Virus record (IMG/VR): IMGVR_UViG_2541047698_000019 | Length of the DNA: 40,640 bases | Direction: 5' to 3' (one strand) | Source: a virus | Lineage: Duplodnaviria > Heunggongvirae > Uroviricota > Caudoviricetes | Shown here: piece by piece, positions 1 through 8,579 of the stretch | How the letters are laid out: each line of letters begins with the position of its first letter | Numbering within the stretch: the stretch's first letter is position 1 | Notes under the pieces: model-generated | Database searches by the model: none | Seen by the model: the letters and a program-made list of their open reading frames with translations, nothing else | Told to the model about the DNA's origin: nothing | Position numbers and translations under genes: made by a program

Positions 1-957
1 ATGTCAGGTATAATTTCAAGTGCAACAGAATTCTTCAATAATACACTTCATTCAAATCAATACGAAATTAAAGATGCGAGCAAAGAAAAAATAAAGGATA
101 TATATAATAAATCGGTTGATTATGCAACTGCGAATAATCGCGATGTGATTATTGCAAAAATAGATTTATTTATTCAAAAAATCACCCTTAATTTATGGAC
201 AGCAAGTATCAAAAATGTGTCGTTAATCAGCAGAATAAATGAACTCAAACTGTGGGTCGATAAGTGTATTGATGACTGCTCTCAAGAGCAATTAGGCGAT
301 CGTGATTATATCGCTTTATATGTAGACAGGGCGATTTTTCATTATGCGATTAGTTTTGTCTGTAATAAAGTAGAACATCAGACAGTAAGTCTCATAGACA
401 GATGTACTTTTGATGTAGCAAGCCCGAATGGACTCCCATCAACTATTCAACTATTTTATGAAAAATCTATTGATGATGAATCTATAGCTTCGTTACATCT
501 ACAAACTTTAGGTGATGGTTTTATAAATTTAGAAAATGCATATCATCAATATGACGATATTCGCTTAAAACCCTTGGCTTCCCTTTTAATTTCATGTTCA
601 TATGGTAGTGCATTAGCAGATCTGGTAGCTGCAGTGGATATTGATGAGTATTGCGAAAAATACATAACAGATCAGGTGAAAACGTTATCTCAACAAGAGA
701 TGAAAAAAAATCTGAAGGAGATGAAAAATCTGGCAGTCGCAGGGAAACTGGATTTCAATGACATTGTAACTGATATGAAACGTCAGGAAGACGAAGGAAA
801 ACGAGTCCTAAAAGACGTTACAAAAATGCATGGTGCGGCGCAGAAATTAAATGACTTCGTACAATCGTGTGACCCAGATTCAACGGAATTGATTCAAATT
901 CCAAACGATATCTCTAATTCAATTTATGATCTATTTGGTATTGAACTAGTAAAATAA
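1..957 (+). CDS. hypothetical protein, AT-rich, host flank upstream of the dusA promoter
   Basis: Full ORF from the track (318 aa) with ATG at position 1, followed by a hairpin terminator. Markedly AT-rich relative to the rest of the window. No family recognised. Confidence 0.45.
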   Translation: MSGIISSATEFFNNTLHSNQYEIKDASKEKIKDIYNKSVDYATANNRDVIIAKIDLFIQKITLNLWTASIKNVSLISRINELKLWVDKCIDDCSQEQLGDRDYIALYVDRAIFHYAISFVCNKVEHQTVSLIDRCTFDVASPNGLPSTIQLFYEKSIDDESIASLHLQTLGDGFINLENAYHQYDDIRLKPLASLLISCSYGSALADLVAAVDIDEYCEKYITDQVKTLSQQEMKKNLKEMKNLAVAGKLDFNDIVTDMKRQEDEGKRVLKDVTKMHGAAQKLNDFVQSCDPDSTELIQIPNDISNSIYDLFGIELVK

Positions 958-997
958 TATGTGAAGTTCTTCGATGGTATGGAAGGTATTACATAAA

Positions 998-1028
998 AGA
1001 ACCCAATGCTTATTGGGTTCTTTTTTTC
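998..1028 (+). terminator. rho-independent terminator after the 1-957 gene
   Basis: Stem agaacccaat / attgggttct with loop gctt, followed by a run of seven T. Confidence 0.6.
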
Positions 1029-1319
1029 TCTATCAGTGCTATTAGCAGGGAGAGATATCACCGTAGTTTAATGTGTGATTTTTATTTATCGTCGAACCTG
1101 GATTGTTTATCATTGGCCTTAACAAAGCTAACGGCTAATAAGATTATTTCCATCACTTCGTGAGAGCTTCATGCCTTGAGAGGATCTCAATTTTCTTTTG
1201 CAATGAGACAGGCGCTTCCTGTTGTTATGGTATAGTACCCCGCTATTGAGCCTCCTGAACAGTGATGCTGAATAACATAACCCCATGATATATCGATAAA
1301 ATAATCTCTACATTTGAAA

Positions 1320-1423
1320 ATGCACGGTAATTCTGAAATGCAAAAAATCAACCAAACCAGCGCAATGCCTGAAAAAACTGACGTTCACTGGAGTGGTCGG
1401 TTTAGCGTTGCACCAATGCTCGA
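1320..1423 (+). pseudogene. dusA: displaced original 5' end of dusA (about 35 codons) at the distal prophage junction
   Basis: ATG at 1320 opens a frame reading MHGNSEMQKINQTSAMPEKTDVHWSGRFSVAPMLD, about 80 percent identical in DNA to the start of the intact dusA at 39227, then runs into unrelated sequence and stops at 1440-1442. From memory this matches the E. coli K-12 DusA N-terminus. Confidence 0.7.
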
Positions 1424-1567
1424 TAGGATGTACCGTTTTTGAAAAACAAGTAGTTATACACTCTGTGGGAGCCTATTGGGAACCCGGCGTTTTCATTTCA
1501 AGGTGTAATCCATACGCGGCTTAAGAATGAGATATAATGCGATTTTTAGTGTTCCGCTTGAGAGGCC

Positions 1568-2104
1568 ATGATGCTTACCCTGGACGAGATAGGTCAATCA
1601 GTACGTAACAATATCCAGTTGATTATTGATCATGTCGGCTTACCTCTTGCTGTTGGTCCGCTCAGTGATGATGATTACAAGATTCTGTGTGGTGGCTATG
1701 GTGAGCTTGAATGGGACTATGCGTTAAGTACCTATGGCAACTCCAGAGAAAAGTATGAGTTCTGCATAAAACTTGTTCAGCAAGGTCGGGTTCAGGGAAT
1801 ACCATCAGGAGCAGCAATTTGTGTTTATGGGGTTGAAGAAAACATCTTTCGTATCCATATGATCGAAAGGTTTTCTAGAGAAGATGAATCTCACCCATTG
1901 AAAGGGCGCATGGTTTTACTCACTCTTATGAGTGCTTTTATATTTTGTAAAGCTGTTGAATGTAAAGTTGTCCACATTGTAGAGCCAGTACCAGAACTGG
2001 TGCAGTATTACGAGTCTTTTGGTTTCCGCATGGAACAGTGCGGTTATGTGATGTCGGCAGTCATTGATGAGCTGCAGGATATCTTTCTTAAATTTGCTCA
2101 GTAG
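1568..2104 (+). CDS. hypothetical cargo protein, possibly a divergent GNAT-like fold
   Basis: ORF track (178 aa), RBS gagagg upstream of ATG. C-terminal stretch LKGRMVLLTLMSAF...VQYYESFGF is reminiscent of acetyltransferase motifs A/B. Assignment tentative. Confidence 0.5.
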   Translation: MMLTLDEIGQSVRNNIQLIIDHVGLPLAVGPLSDDDYKILCGGYGELEWDYALSTYGNSREKYEFCIKLVQQGRVQGIPSGAAICVYGVEENIFRIHMIERFSREDESHPLKGRMVLLTLMSAFIFCKAVECKVVHIVEPVPELVQYYESFGFRMEQCGYVMSAVIDELQDIFLKFAQ

Positions 2105-2121
2105 GTATAGACGAGAAGGGT

Positions 2122-2134
2122 CTACAAATTGTAG
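2122..2134. repeat. 13-bp perfect palindrome CTACAAATTGTAG just after the 1568-2104 stop
   Basis: Read directly from the sequence; 6-bp arms with a 1-nt centre. Confidence 0.5.
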
Positions 2135-2209
2135 GATACCCGTCCAGATTACCTTAAAGGTACATCTATGGCAGTCGTTTTGTGCTTAAACTACTAAGAA
2201 ACGATGTCA

Positions 2210-2230
2210 CCAATCGACATGATCGATTGG
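2210..2230. repeat. inverted repeat CCAATCGA-catga-TCGATTGG upstream of the small ORF
   Basis: 8-bp perfect arms, 5-nt spacer, read directly. Possible operator. Confidence 0.5.
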
Positions 2231-2300
2231 CATAAGTTAGCGAAACAAGCTAGCTTTAAAGAGAGGGTTAGAGACGCCTTTACTGTCTCGGGAGTTTTCT

Positions 2301-2474
2301 ATGAAAGATCAAAAAGCAACCAAGCCACAGGTTAAGTTCGACACAATGAAAGCATTCGCAGGTATGGGTGCTGCTGTTGAAGTTCTGATGAAGGCTGCTC
2401 CTAATGCGTTCACTCACGCTACTGTCTCTGGTAAAGAGCAGCAGGGTAAGCTTCGTCGTCGCAAAGCAGCATGA
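2301..2474 (+). CDS. small basic hypothetical protein (57 aa)
   Basis: ATG at 2301 preceded by gggag at 6-nt spacing. Translation MKDQKATKPQVKFDTMKAFAGMGAAVEVLMKAAPNAFTHATVSGKEQQGKLRRRKAA. Below the ORF-track size cutoff. Followed by a terminator. Confidence 0.4.
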   Translation: MKDQKATKPQVKFDTMKAFAGMGAAVEVLMKAAPNAFTHATVSGKEQQGKLRRRKAA

Positions 2475-2493
2475 TCATAGCTGGTGCTTTTTG

Positions 2494-2519
2494 AAAACCC
2501 GCCTTTAGGCGGGTTTTTT
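2494..2519. terminator. bidirectional rho-independent terminator
   Basis: aaaa-cccgcc-ttta-ggcggg-tttttt. Sits between the convergent 2301-2474 (+) and 2522-2830 (-) genes. Confidence 0.7.
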
Positions 2520-2521
2520 CT

Positions 2522-2830
2522 TTAGTGATGTTCTTTGCCCTTCTGTTTGCCTGTTCTGACCTGTTCCCACTCGATACGTCCTTCTTCTCGTCTTTTGTCT
2601 ATGTATTCCGCAAGATCCTGAATATTGATGCAACGTTTTGCTTTTTGTGATGTGCCGATGCGATATGTTGGAACGGGCAACTTACAAGCGTTTGCTTTTG
2701 CTTCTGCCGTGGCTGGACTCATGCCAAAGTACTTTTGGCTAACTGCTGAGAGTTCAATGTTAGGGGTATTGAATTCAGCCATCAGTAAAAACAAGGTGTT
2801 CATAATTTTCTCCATCAAAACCGGCTGCAC
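2522..2830 (-). CDS. PrtN-like / excisionase-like small DNA-binding protein
   Basis: 102-aa ORF at the distal end of the leftward early operon. Resembles the pyocin-activator PrtN family often annotated as excisionase in prophages (from memory). Confidence 0.5.
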   Translation of the reverse strand: MQPVLMEKIMNTLFLLMAEFNTPNIELSAVSQKYFGMSPATAEAKANACKLPVPTYRIGTSQKAKRCINIQDLAEYIDKRREEGRIEWEQVRTGKQKGKEHH

Positions 2831-2839
2831 CCGGGAAAA

Positions 2840-3415
2840 TCATAATTCTGTGCTGGTGGCAGGAATTAATTTCTGCCAGATAGCGGAAACATATTTTGCC
2901 TGATGACGGGCATCGGCCAGGGCGTTGTGCCGTTCGCCATCGAAAGGCATGTCCATTTTGGGGTCGAATCCGATGTAACGCCCAAGCGTAACGATCGTGC
3001 GTACATCGTGGTCATTCCAGTATGCCCACGGGCAGATTTGTCCTGCTCGCTCATAAGCTCCACGTAAAATTACGTTGTCGAAGGTGGCCCCGTTACCCCA
3101 GACTTTTAAATATTTCGTATTGGCTGCGTGCCGGTTAATGAAATGATTTAGTTCTGAGAGAGCATCGCTGATCGACAAAGTATCATCAATACAGATTGCA
3201 GCTCGTGCTTCAGTGCTTTGTTTCAACCACCACAGGATGGTATCGCCGTCAGGTGTAGCTCCTTGCCCCATAGCACTTTCCAGGCTAACAACCGTATAGA
3301 ATTCTTGTCCGATGTCTCCGGTTTCTGGAGTGAAGAACACCGCGCCAATGGAAACGATCGGTGCATCCTTATTTTTCCCCATCGTCTCAAGGTCGATCAT
3401 TAAGTTGTTCATCAC
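2840..3415 (-). CDS. 3'-5' exonuclease (DEDDh / DnaQ-like)
   Basis: 191 aa. MIDLETMG...SIGAV near the N-terminus (Exo I motif) and H-x4-D (HNALAD) near the C-terminus. Confidence 0.7.
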   Translation of the reverse strand: MMNNLMIDLETMGKNKDAPIVSIGAVFFTPETGDIGQEFYTVVSLESAMGQGATPDGDTILWWLKQSTEARAAICIDDTLSISDALSELNHFINRHAANTKYLKVWGNGATFDNVILRGAYERAGQICPWAYWNDHDVRTIVTLGRYIGFDPKMDMPFDGERHNALADARHQAKYVSAIWQKLIPATSTEL

Positions 3416-4035
3416 TTCACCTCCTGCGGCGGTTCCGGTAGCGGCATCCAGTGAGTTGCTTGCTCAATACCATTACCCGGCTTAATCGTTGCATCTCCGC
3501 GCCGAAAGGTGCTTCCGGTATAGCGTGCGGAGCATATTAGCGGTTCAACCAGAGGGCTATCGAAATTCACCGAAATAAGCACGTTCTGGCCCTTTTCAGG
3601 CATTCGATCACTACAGCTTATCCAACCATCCGGAGTTACCGGAGAGTTGCCCGACAGCTCGTTCAACTTGTAAGTCTGGCTTACAGGTTCGGCACCATTA
3701 AGCATGGCGGCGCGGCAGGCGTTCCAGCCTTCATCAAAGCCGACTATGCCATTATTTAAAGACGGACGAGCATCTGGCACCACCGGCACTGGCTTGGCTA
3801 TATATAGCGGCTGAACATACCAGCCCTTTGATAACCAACTGTCAGCAATGTTTTTACTCCTCGTTATTGCCGGAATACCTAAGCCATTTTCTGAATGCAG
3901 CCATGCCACCGGCTCCTCTTCTAGCGATGCCAGAGCAATTTCATAAGCACGGCGCTCAATATCGTCTCGAACCTCTAGGCTGCTGATTCGTTCTTTGATT
4001 TCTTTAATCAGTTCTTTATTGGTAAATGTGGTCAT
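3412..4035 (-). CDS. DUF551-domain phage protein
   Basis: 207 aa. C-terminal W...HWMPLPEPP signature typical of DUF551. Start overlaps the upstream stop. Confidence 0.55.
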   Translation of the reverse strand: MTTFTNKELIKEIKERISSLEVRDDIERRAYEIALASLEEEPVAWLHSENGLGIPAITRSKNIADSWLSKGWYVQPLYIAKPVPVVPDARPSLNNGIVGFDEGWNACRAAMLNGAEPVSQTYKLNELSGNSPVTPDGWISCSDRMPEKGQNVLISVNFDSPLVEPLICSARYTGSTFRRGDATIKPGNGIEQATHWMPLPEPPQEVK

Positions 4036-4397
4036 TATGCTCCAGCCTCCGGCGCTTTTGGCATTACTGCCCAGTGAGTGATATTGAAGTTTTCAAGGTC
4101 CCCGACCTGAAATGTCCACTGCCATTCTCCGGTTTCTTTTTGTCCCCAGGTGTACCAGAGAGAACGCCAGCCAATCAGCCAGCCTTCTCCGTTAGCATCA
4201 AATAACAGAACACTTTCATTTGCTGGTGGCAGTTCAGCTGACACTGGTATTATTTTGTTTTCCAGTGCCGCACATTTAGCTTCAAGCGCGTCGAATTTAC
4301 GTACCAGGTACTCAGCATTTGTTTCGTTCACTTTCAGATCTCGCGGTACACATTTCCCGCGAAGAAACCCTTCCATTTCGAAAACATTCATGCGCAT
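4035..4397 (-). CDS. DUF551-like phage protein (paralogue of 3412-4035)
   Basis: 120 aa. C-terminal ...ITHWAVMPKAPE resembles the DUF551 signature. Confidence 0.45.
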   Translation of the reverse strand: MRMNVFEMEGFLRGKCVPRDLKVNETNAEYLVRKFDALEAKCAALENKIIPVSAELPPANESVLLFDANGEGWLIGWRSLWYTWGQKETGEWQWTFQVGDLENFNITHWAVMPKAPEAGA

Positions 4398-4951
4398 TTG
4401 CGTAACTCCGATAACTCGTTAAAACGTTCCATAAACATCCCGTAGGCATGGCTAGGTGCCAGTGGAATCACGTTGAACATCTCTGTTGCCGGGATGCCTT
4501 CCAGTACAGGCCAGAAAGAGCCATCATCAAGCCCGAGATCGCGGCGTTCGGTTGCCAGCATGATAAGATCGGCATATTTCACGGGCGTACTCATAACTGG
4601 GGGTAACCCGTATTTCTCACGGATTACGGCGTCAATTTTTTCTTCCATCCGTTTATAGTCAGGAAGAAGGCGTTTCAGTGGAGCGGGAATATCCTGGCAA
4701 TACGCTTCTGTTGCATCATGCATTAACGCTTCAAAAGCAAATTCCTGCGGCACCAGCTGGCTGCAAAGCACCGCATGTTGGGCGACACTGTAGAAGTGAG
4801 AAAGATGACCGGCAAAGCGGCAGATATTTGAAAGGGAAACCGCGATATCGTTAATCACGATGTCGTCTTTATTTATCTTGTCATAATAAAAATGCTTCCC
4901 GGAAAAAGTTTTAATAAATGACATTTTGTTCTCCGCGTATATGCGCTGCAC
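4388..4951 (-). CDS. HD-domain phosphohydrolase (YfdR-like 5'-deoxynucleotidase)
   Basis: 187 aa with H...HD metal-binding pattern (HLSHFYSVAQHAV ... MHDATEAY). Size and position match the prophage YfdR family. Confidence 0.65.
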   Translation of the reverse strand: MQRIYAENKMSFIKTFSGKHFYYDKINKDDIVINDIAVSLSNICRFAGHLSHFYSVAQHAVLCSQLVPQEFAFEALMHDATEAYCQDIPAPLKRLLPDYKRMEEKIDAVIREKYGLPPVMSTPVKYADLIMLATERRDLGLDDGSFWPVLEGIPATEMFNVIPLAPSHAYGMFMERFNELSELRKCA

Positions 4952-5051
4952 CGCGCTGAGTTTGGGTAAAAGGAAGCCCTCACCATCCGGTGATTATTGA
5001 GTTAATTACGTTTCCATAAATGCCCCCGCAGGGGCATTTGCAGTAATGAAA

Positions 5052-5876
5052 TCAGGCGGTGAAAGTACCAATAAAGGTTTCTACTTTGCTGTCTTTGAAT
5101 TTCTCAACAAGCAGATCACGAAATTCGTTAGCCATATCTTCCTGCACCGCTTCCAGCTGAATAATGCGCAGAACCAGTACAGGACGATCGCCAGTGATAA
5201 TGCTGAGGCGTAATTTAAACGGACGTTCTTTCAGACCTTCAAACGGAACGCATTTAAATTCAAATGCCACTGGCATAATGTCTTTGGTCTTCGCTTCGAC
5301 AGATTCCATCAGGGAGCGTTTGCCGCTGAAGTCATTATCTTCAAAATCAGCGGTCTGGTTTGCTTCAATCGTGATTTTACGGACTGCCGCAGCCGCTTTT
5401 GTTGCCTGAATAGCGTCACCATTAGCATCAAAGCCCACAAGGTAGTCGGCCCAGTCTTCAATCCATTCTGCCAGTGACTTCTGGGAGTTACGCTCGCCGT
5501 TAACAGACAACAGGGCAGAGAACGGTGCTGTCTTTTTCAGTTTGAGAGTGGCGGTGTTATCTGCGTGACCTGGTTCATCAATAGTACCCAGGTTAAGTAC
5601 ACTGACGGCACGCATATTATCAGCATCGATAAAGCAGCGGGTGCCTTCATCTGCAAGATCTTTAGAATAACGGGTAAAGTCATCGATGCTGGCAGTGGAA
5701 AGCGCACCACGGAAACGGAAGCGATTTAAATTAAATTTTTCCAGATCATGAATGCGGAAATTCTCAGGCAATGCCACAGCATCGGCACCAATCTTACTGA
5801 TAATTTCATTAACACCCTGAGCAGAAATAAGGGCATGGATTTGATTAATTGCGGTTGCGTCTAAGTTCTGAGACAT
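5052..5876 (-). CDS. YfdQ-like protein (DUF2303)
   Basis: 274 aa, the same length as E. coli CPS-53 YfdQ. Gene order 120/274/187/120 aa parallels yfdP-Q-R-S (from memory). Confidence 0.55.
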   Translation of the reverse strand: MSQNLDATAINQIHALISAQGVNEIISKIGADAVALPENFRIHDLEKFNLNRFRFRGALSTASIDDFTRYSKDLADEGTRCFIDADNMRAVSVLNLGTIDEPGHADNTATLKLKKTAPFSALLSVNGERNSQKSLAEWIEDWADYLVGFDANGDAIQATKAAAAVRKITIEANQTADFEDNDFSGKRSLMESVEAKTKDIMPVAFEFKCVPFEGLKERPFKLRLSIITGDRPVLVLRIIQLEAVQEDMANEFRDLLVEKFKDSKVETFIGTFTA

Positions 5877-5941
5877 AATAAGTCCTCACTATATAAAGAT
5901 ATTCAGTGATGAGATAAATAATCAGTTAATTAAGAACGATA

Positions 5942-6304
5942 TTAATGACCTGCTGCGCGTAGTTTTCCGTCAGGTTCACCGGCAAGAGTCAGTAATTGTC
6001 CCTGGTCTTCCTGCAGAATAGTCAGGCGACCACCGCGATTGACATACATCGGCGTTTCGGTGGTGTCTTCTTCGGAAATTTTCCCGCGGTTAGTCGGGCG
6101 AACATATGAGAGTTTGTGTTTGATTTTCACACGGTTCTCATCAAATGGTTCGATTTCCAGGTTGAGTGAGACCTTACCTTTGGTTTTCGTGTTCATCACA
6201 CCGGAAGCGACTTCACTGAGAACAGCGCCGATTTTGGTTTCAAATACGCCGCCGTCCAGCTCCCCGATAAATGCCTGCACATCAGTACTGCGTTCGCTAG
6301 CCAT
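5942..6304 (-). CDS. hypothetical phage protein (YfdP-like by position)
   Basis: ORF track 5942-6532, trimmed to the ATG at 6304 (MASERSTDVQ...) which has a GAGGAG RBS 8 nt upstream; 120 aa. Confidence 0.5.
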   Translation of the reverse strand: MASERSTDVQAFIGELDGGVFETKIGAVLSEVASGVMNTKTKGKVSLNLEIEPFDENRVKIKHKLSYVRPTNRGKISEEDTTETPMYVNRGGRLTILQEDQGQLLTLAGEPDGKLRAAGH

Positions 6305-6352
6305 TTTGCTGCTCCTCATCATATCGACCCTGCAAGGTCGGTTAGTTTCTCC

Positions 6353-6441
6353 ACAAAACAGAGAAGAACACCTGCGGTGGCAGCCGCCCGGATGGATTGG
6401 GTTATGAGCCCGTCGTCCGGTGATGCTCTTCTCTGTTTTGT
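6353..6441. repeat. long inverted repeat: 15-bp perfect arms ACAAAACAGAGAAGA / TCTTCTCTGTTTTGT separated by about 59 nt
   Basis: Read directly. Lies in the intergenic region between the minus-strand early genes and the plus-strand moron. Confidence 0.5.
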
Positions 6442-6583
6442 AAAAAGAGCGGTACCAGCCGGAAGCAAGGGTACAAACTGGTACCGCCAGGACTACACAC
6501 AGCAATGAAACTATTGCCTGTCTTTTCACCACTTCAGGCTCGGTGGTATGCTGGAGTTCTCACACAGCCAGCAAGGAAACCTA

Positions 6584-6925
6584 ATGAACCAGTTTTATGT
6601 TCATGTTCGTCTGTTTGAAGCAACAGCCGAACAGACCAAAAAATTTGAAGAATTAATGCTTAACTTTCTGTACCAGAAAACAATCAAAGAGTCTGACGAT
6701 AGCTGCTGCAGACTGATTCCAGAGGGATATATCCTCAAAAGCACAATGAACTGCCAACAAATCCTTGATCAAACTTTTTCCATTGCTAACAGTGCTGGTG
6801 TTGACGCAAATATATTTGTCTGCAAATTTGAACAAAGCGTATGCTTACTTCCGTCTGCTTCCTTAGTTGGCAACGATTTTGTTCATCACGATCTTACGCC
6901 TAAGCCCATCAAGCTCGATTCTTAA
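6584..6925 (+). CDS. hypothetical AT-rich moron protein, antisense to the early-left operon
   Basis: ORF track 6548-6925; preferred start is the ATG 36 nt in (MNQFYVH...) with AAGGAA RBS. Candidate promoter TTCACC-N16-TATGCT upstream. About 40 percent GC. The 3' end overlaps 6863-7171 (-) by 63 bp. Confidence 0.35.
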   Translation: MNQFYVHVRLFEATAEQTKKFEELMLNFLYQKTIKESDDSCCRLIPEGYILKSTMNCQQILDQTFSIANSAGVDANIFVCKFEQSVCLLPSASLVGNDFVHHDLTPKPIKLDS

Positions 6926-7171
6926 TGCCTTAACCATTGTGTCGTGATAAACACGGCTCACCCTCTCTCCATTGCATGGCAGTGGGGTGATCGTGTTAGC
7001 CATGAAATTCATGAACTTGGTTCGATCAGGGTCTTGCGCCTCGCAAGTCTTTAATGCCTGTTTTGCTAACAAAATACGGGCCTCAGTGCCTGCATTTGGC
7101 TCTATCTGCTGCAAACGTTTAGCGTCTTCCAGCAACAATGCGATCACATGCTTCAAATCCTGCTCATTCAT
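6863..7171 (-). CDS. hypothetical protein, first gene of the leftward early operon
   Basis: 102 aa with GGAGAG RBS upstream of the start. Located immediately left of the OL-like operator cluster. Confidence 0.5.
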   Translation of the reverse strand: MNEQDLKHVIALLLEDAKRLQQIEPNAGTEARILLAKQALKTCEAQDPDRTKFMNFMANTITPLPCNGERVSRVYHDTMVKALRIELDGLRRKIVMNKIVAN

Positions 7172-7260
7172 CTATTCTCTCCACTGAAATCATCCGCTAA
7201 CGAATCATCCTGGACTTCATATGCCCCAGGCGGCTACTTCGTGGGCGTCCTGCCTGTTCG

Positions 7261-7320
7261 TTACTGCAACATCTTTAAGTTGTAATCTAGTTGTTGTTTT
7301 GGTTGTTGTCAACAACTTTA
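7261..7320. promoter_or_regulatory. OL/PL-like operator-promoter region with repeated GTTGTTG / CAACAACTTTA motifs
   Basis: 15-bp perfect palindrome GTTGTTGTCAACAAC (7302-7316) plus additional AGTTGT/GTTGTTG repeats. The same motif family recurs at 8221-8310. Confidence 0.5.
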
Positions 7321-7506
7321 TGTGGTTTTGACGGATGTGAAATGAGGGCAAGGGTTATCAAAAAAGGAGGTTGTATGGACGATGCGCTTTTAATTACACA
7401 AGGGACACTTTCCTTCCGTGATTGGAAACTCTCAAATCACGGGAGGAAGATTGAAAAGGCGGGTAATAATGGTAACTAAATTTCTGAAGGAAGGTTTTTT
7501 GATGCA

Positions 7507-8193
7507 TTACCAAGTGCGCGATGACCAGAATACTCTACCTATAACGTGAATTCTGGAACGCCTATCTTCGAAGGTGAGTATTTCATCTGGATACTCATCT
7601 TTATTGAAACTTCTTAGAATCAGACCACCGTCAGGTAAATTGATCAATATTTTAACTCTAAGTAATACGCCATCACGTATGGCATAAAGATCCCCATCAC
7701 GAATAGGAACCGTTTGGGAAACATCAACAGCAACAAAATCTCCATTGTTAAGTACAGGTAGTAAACTATTGCCCCAAATTTTTACGATCTTTGCATTGGA
7801 GACACATACACCAGCTTTTCTTAAATCAATCCTTCTTAGCGGGAACCAGTCTACAGTTGATTCAACTATTTCAGCCAAACATCCATTACCCGCTGATAAC
7901 TCGACATCTAGGACTGGAATGTTTGCAAAAATGTCAGGATCTAATGCTGTACTTTCAGCCTCCTTTACAACAAGGTCTGGGAAAGACGCGTTATCCTCAA
8001 TGCCCAATTGCAACCACTTTTGAGAAACCCCTAACACTTTAGCAATCTCTTTAATTTTCCGAGGCTGTTGAGTTTCTCCATTCTCGATTTTCGCTACGGA
8101 TTGTTGTGAAAGCCCAATTTTTTCAGCTAGTTGCGCCTGACTCATTCCTGCTTTTTCTCTTTCGCTTTTTAGTCTTTCTGCCAATGTTTTCAC
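7507..8193 (-). CDS. CI-like phage repressor (XRE-family HTH plus S24 LexA-like peptidase domain)
   Basis: 228 aa. N-terminal HTH (MSQAQLAEKIGLSQQSVAKIENG). C-terminal autocleavage-domain features (AG cleavage-site motif, S...K spacing). Non-ATG (GTG) start with GAGGGGGA RBS. Confidence 0.85.
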   Translation of the reverse strand: MKTLAERLKSEREKAGMSQAQLAEKIGLSQQSVAKIENGETQQPRKIKEIAKVLGVSQKWLQLGIEDNASFPDLVVKEAESTALDPDIFANIPVLDVELSAGNGCLAEIVESTVDWFPLRRIDLRKAGVCVSNAKIVKIWGNSLLPVLNNGDFVAVDVSQTVPIRDGDLYAIRDGVLLRVKILINLPDGGLILRSFNKDEYPDEILTFEDRRSRIHVIGRVFWSSRTW

Positions 8194-8220
8194 AACATAT
8201 CCCCCTCGTTTTTATTGAGG

Positions 8221-8310
8221 TTACAACTTTATGTTTTGGCTTTCCAACATCTAAAAGTTGTGATAAAAGTTGTTGTAGTTGTATAATCGAAGTTATCAAC
8301 AACTTTACTA
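8221..8310. promoter_or_regulatory. OR/PR/PRM-like divergent operator-promoter region
   Basis: Three copies of the ACAACTTTA / AAAGTTGTTG motif. TATAAT at about 8282-8287 oriented toward the cro-like gene. Lies between the divergent repressor and cro-like genes. Confidence 0.5.
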
Positions 8311-8330
8311 CTTACAGATAGGAGAAAGCT

Positions 8331-8579
8331 ATGACACCTGAGCAATTAGCCTTATCAGAGGCAATCGCTCTGGCTGGTGGTCAATCAGAATTGGCTCGGA
8401 AGCTCACAGCCAGCAGTGGTCGTTTAGTAAAGCAACAACATGTCTGGAACTGGTTGAACAGAGAAAAGCGTCCCCCTGCAAAGCTCTCGATATTTATTGA
8501 AATGACCACTGGCGTATCAAAAGAAAAATTACGTCCAGATATTTTTCAAAAGATTAAAGACTTATCAGATGGAAAGTAA
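8331..8579 (+). CDS. Cro-like / YdaS-like HTH regulator
   Basis: 82 aa, divergent from the repressor, AGGAG RBS. Small HTH protein. Confidence 0.65.
   Translation: MTPEQLALSEAIALAGGQSELARKLTASSGRLVKQQHVWNWLNREKRPPAKLSIFIEMTTGVSKEKLRPDIFQKIKDLSDGK

Noticed and set aside
1-1423. Left-flank AT-rich gene 1-957 as part of the prophage
   Set aside because: It lies outside the dusA direct repeats, has its own terminator, and is followed by the displaced host dusA promoter and 5' end, so it is more likely host or another island. It may still be horizontally acquired given its AT-richness.
1568-2474. Reading the 178-aa/57-aa pair as a GNAT toxin with an RHH antitoxin
   Set aside because: The small gene is downstream rather than upstream, shows no obvious ribbon-helix-helix or HTH pattern, and the GNAT resemblance is limited to one motif. 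Kept as an uncharacterised cargo candidate, not a called toxin-antitoxin pair.
6653-6835. Minus-strand 60-aa ORF as the real gene in the AT-rich insert
   Set aside because: It has a non-ATG start with no clear RBS and reads less protein-like than the plus-strand ORF 6584-6925, which has ATG, RBS and promoter-like hexamers. Not excluded.
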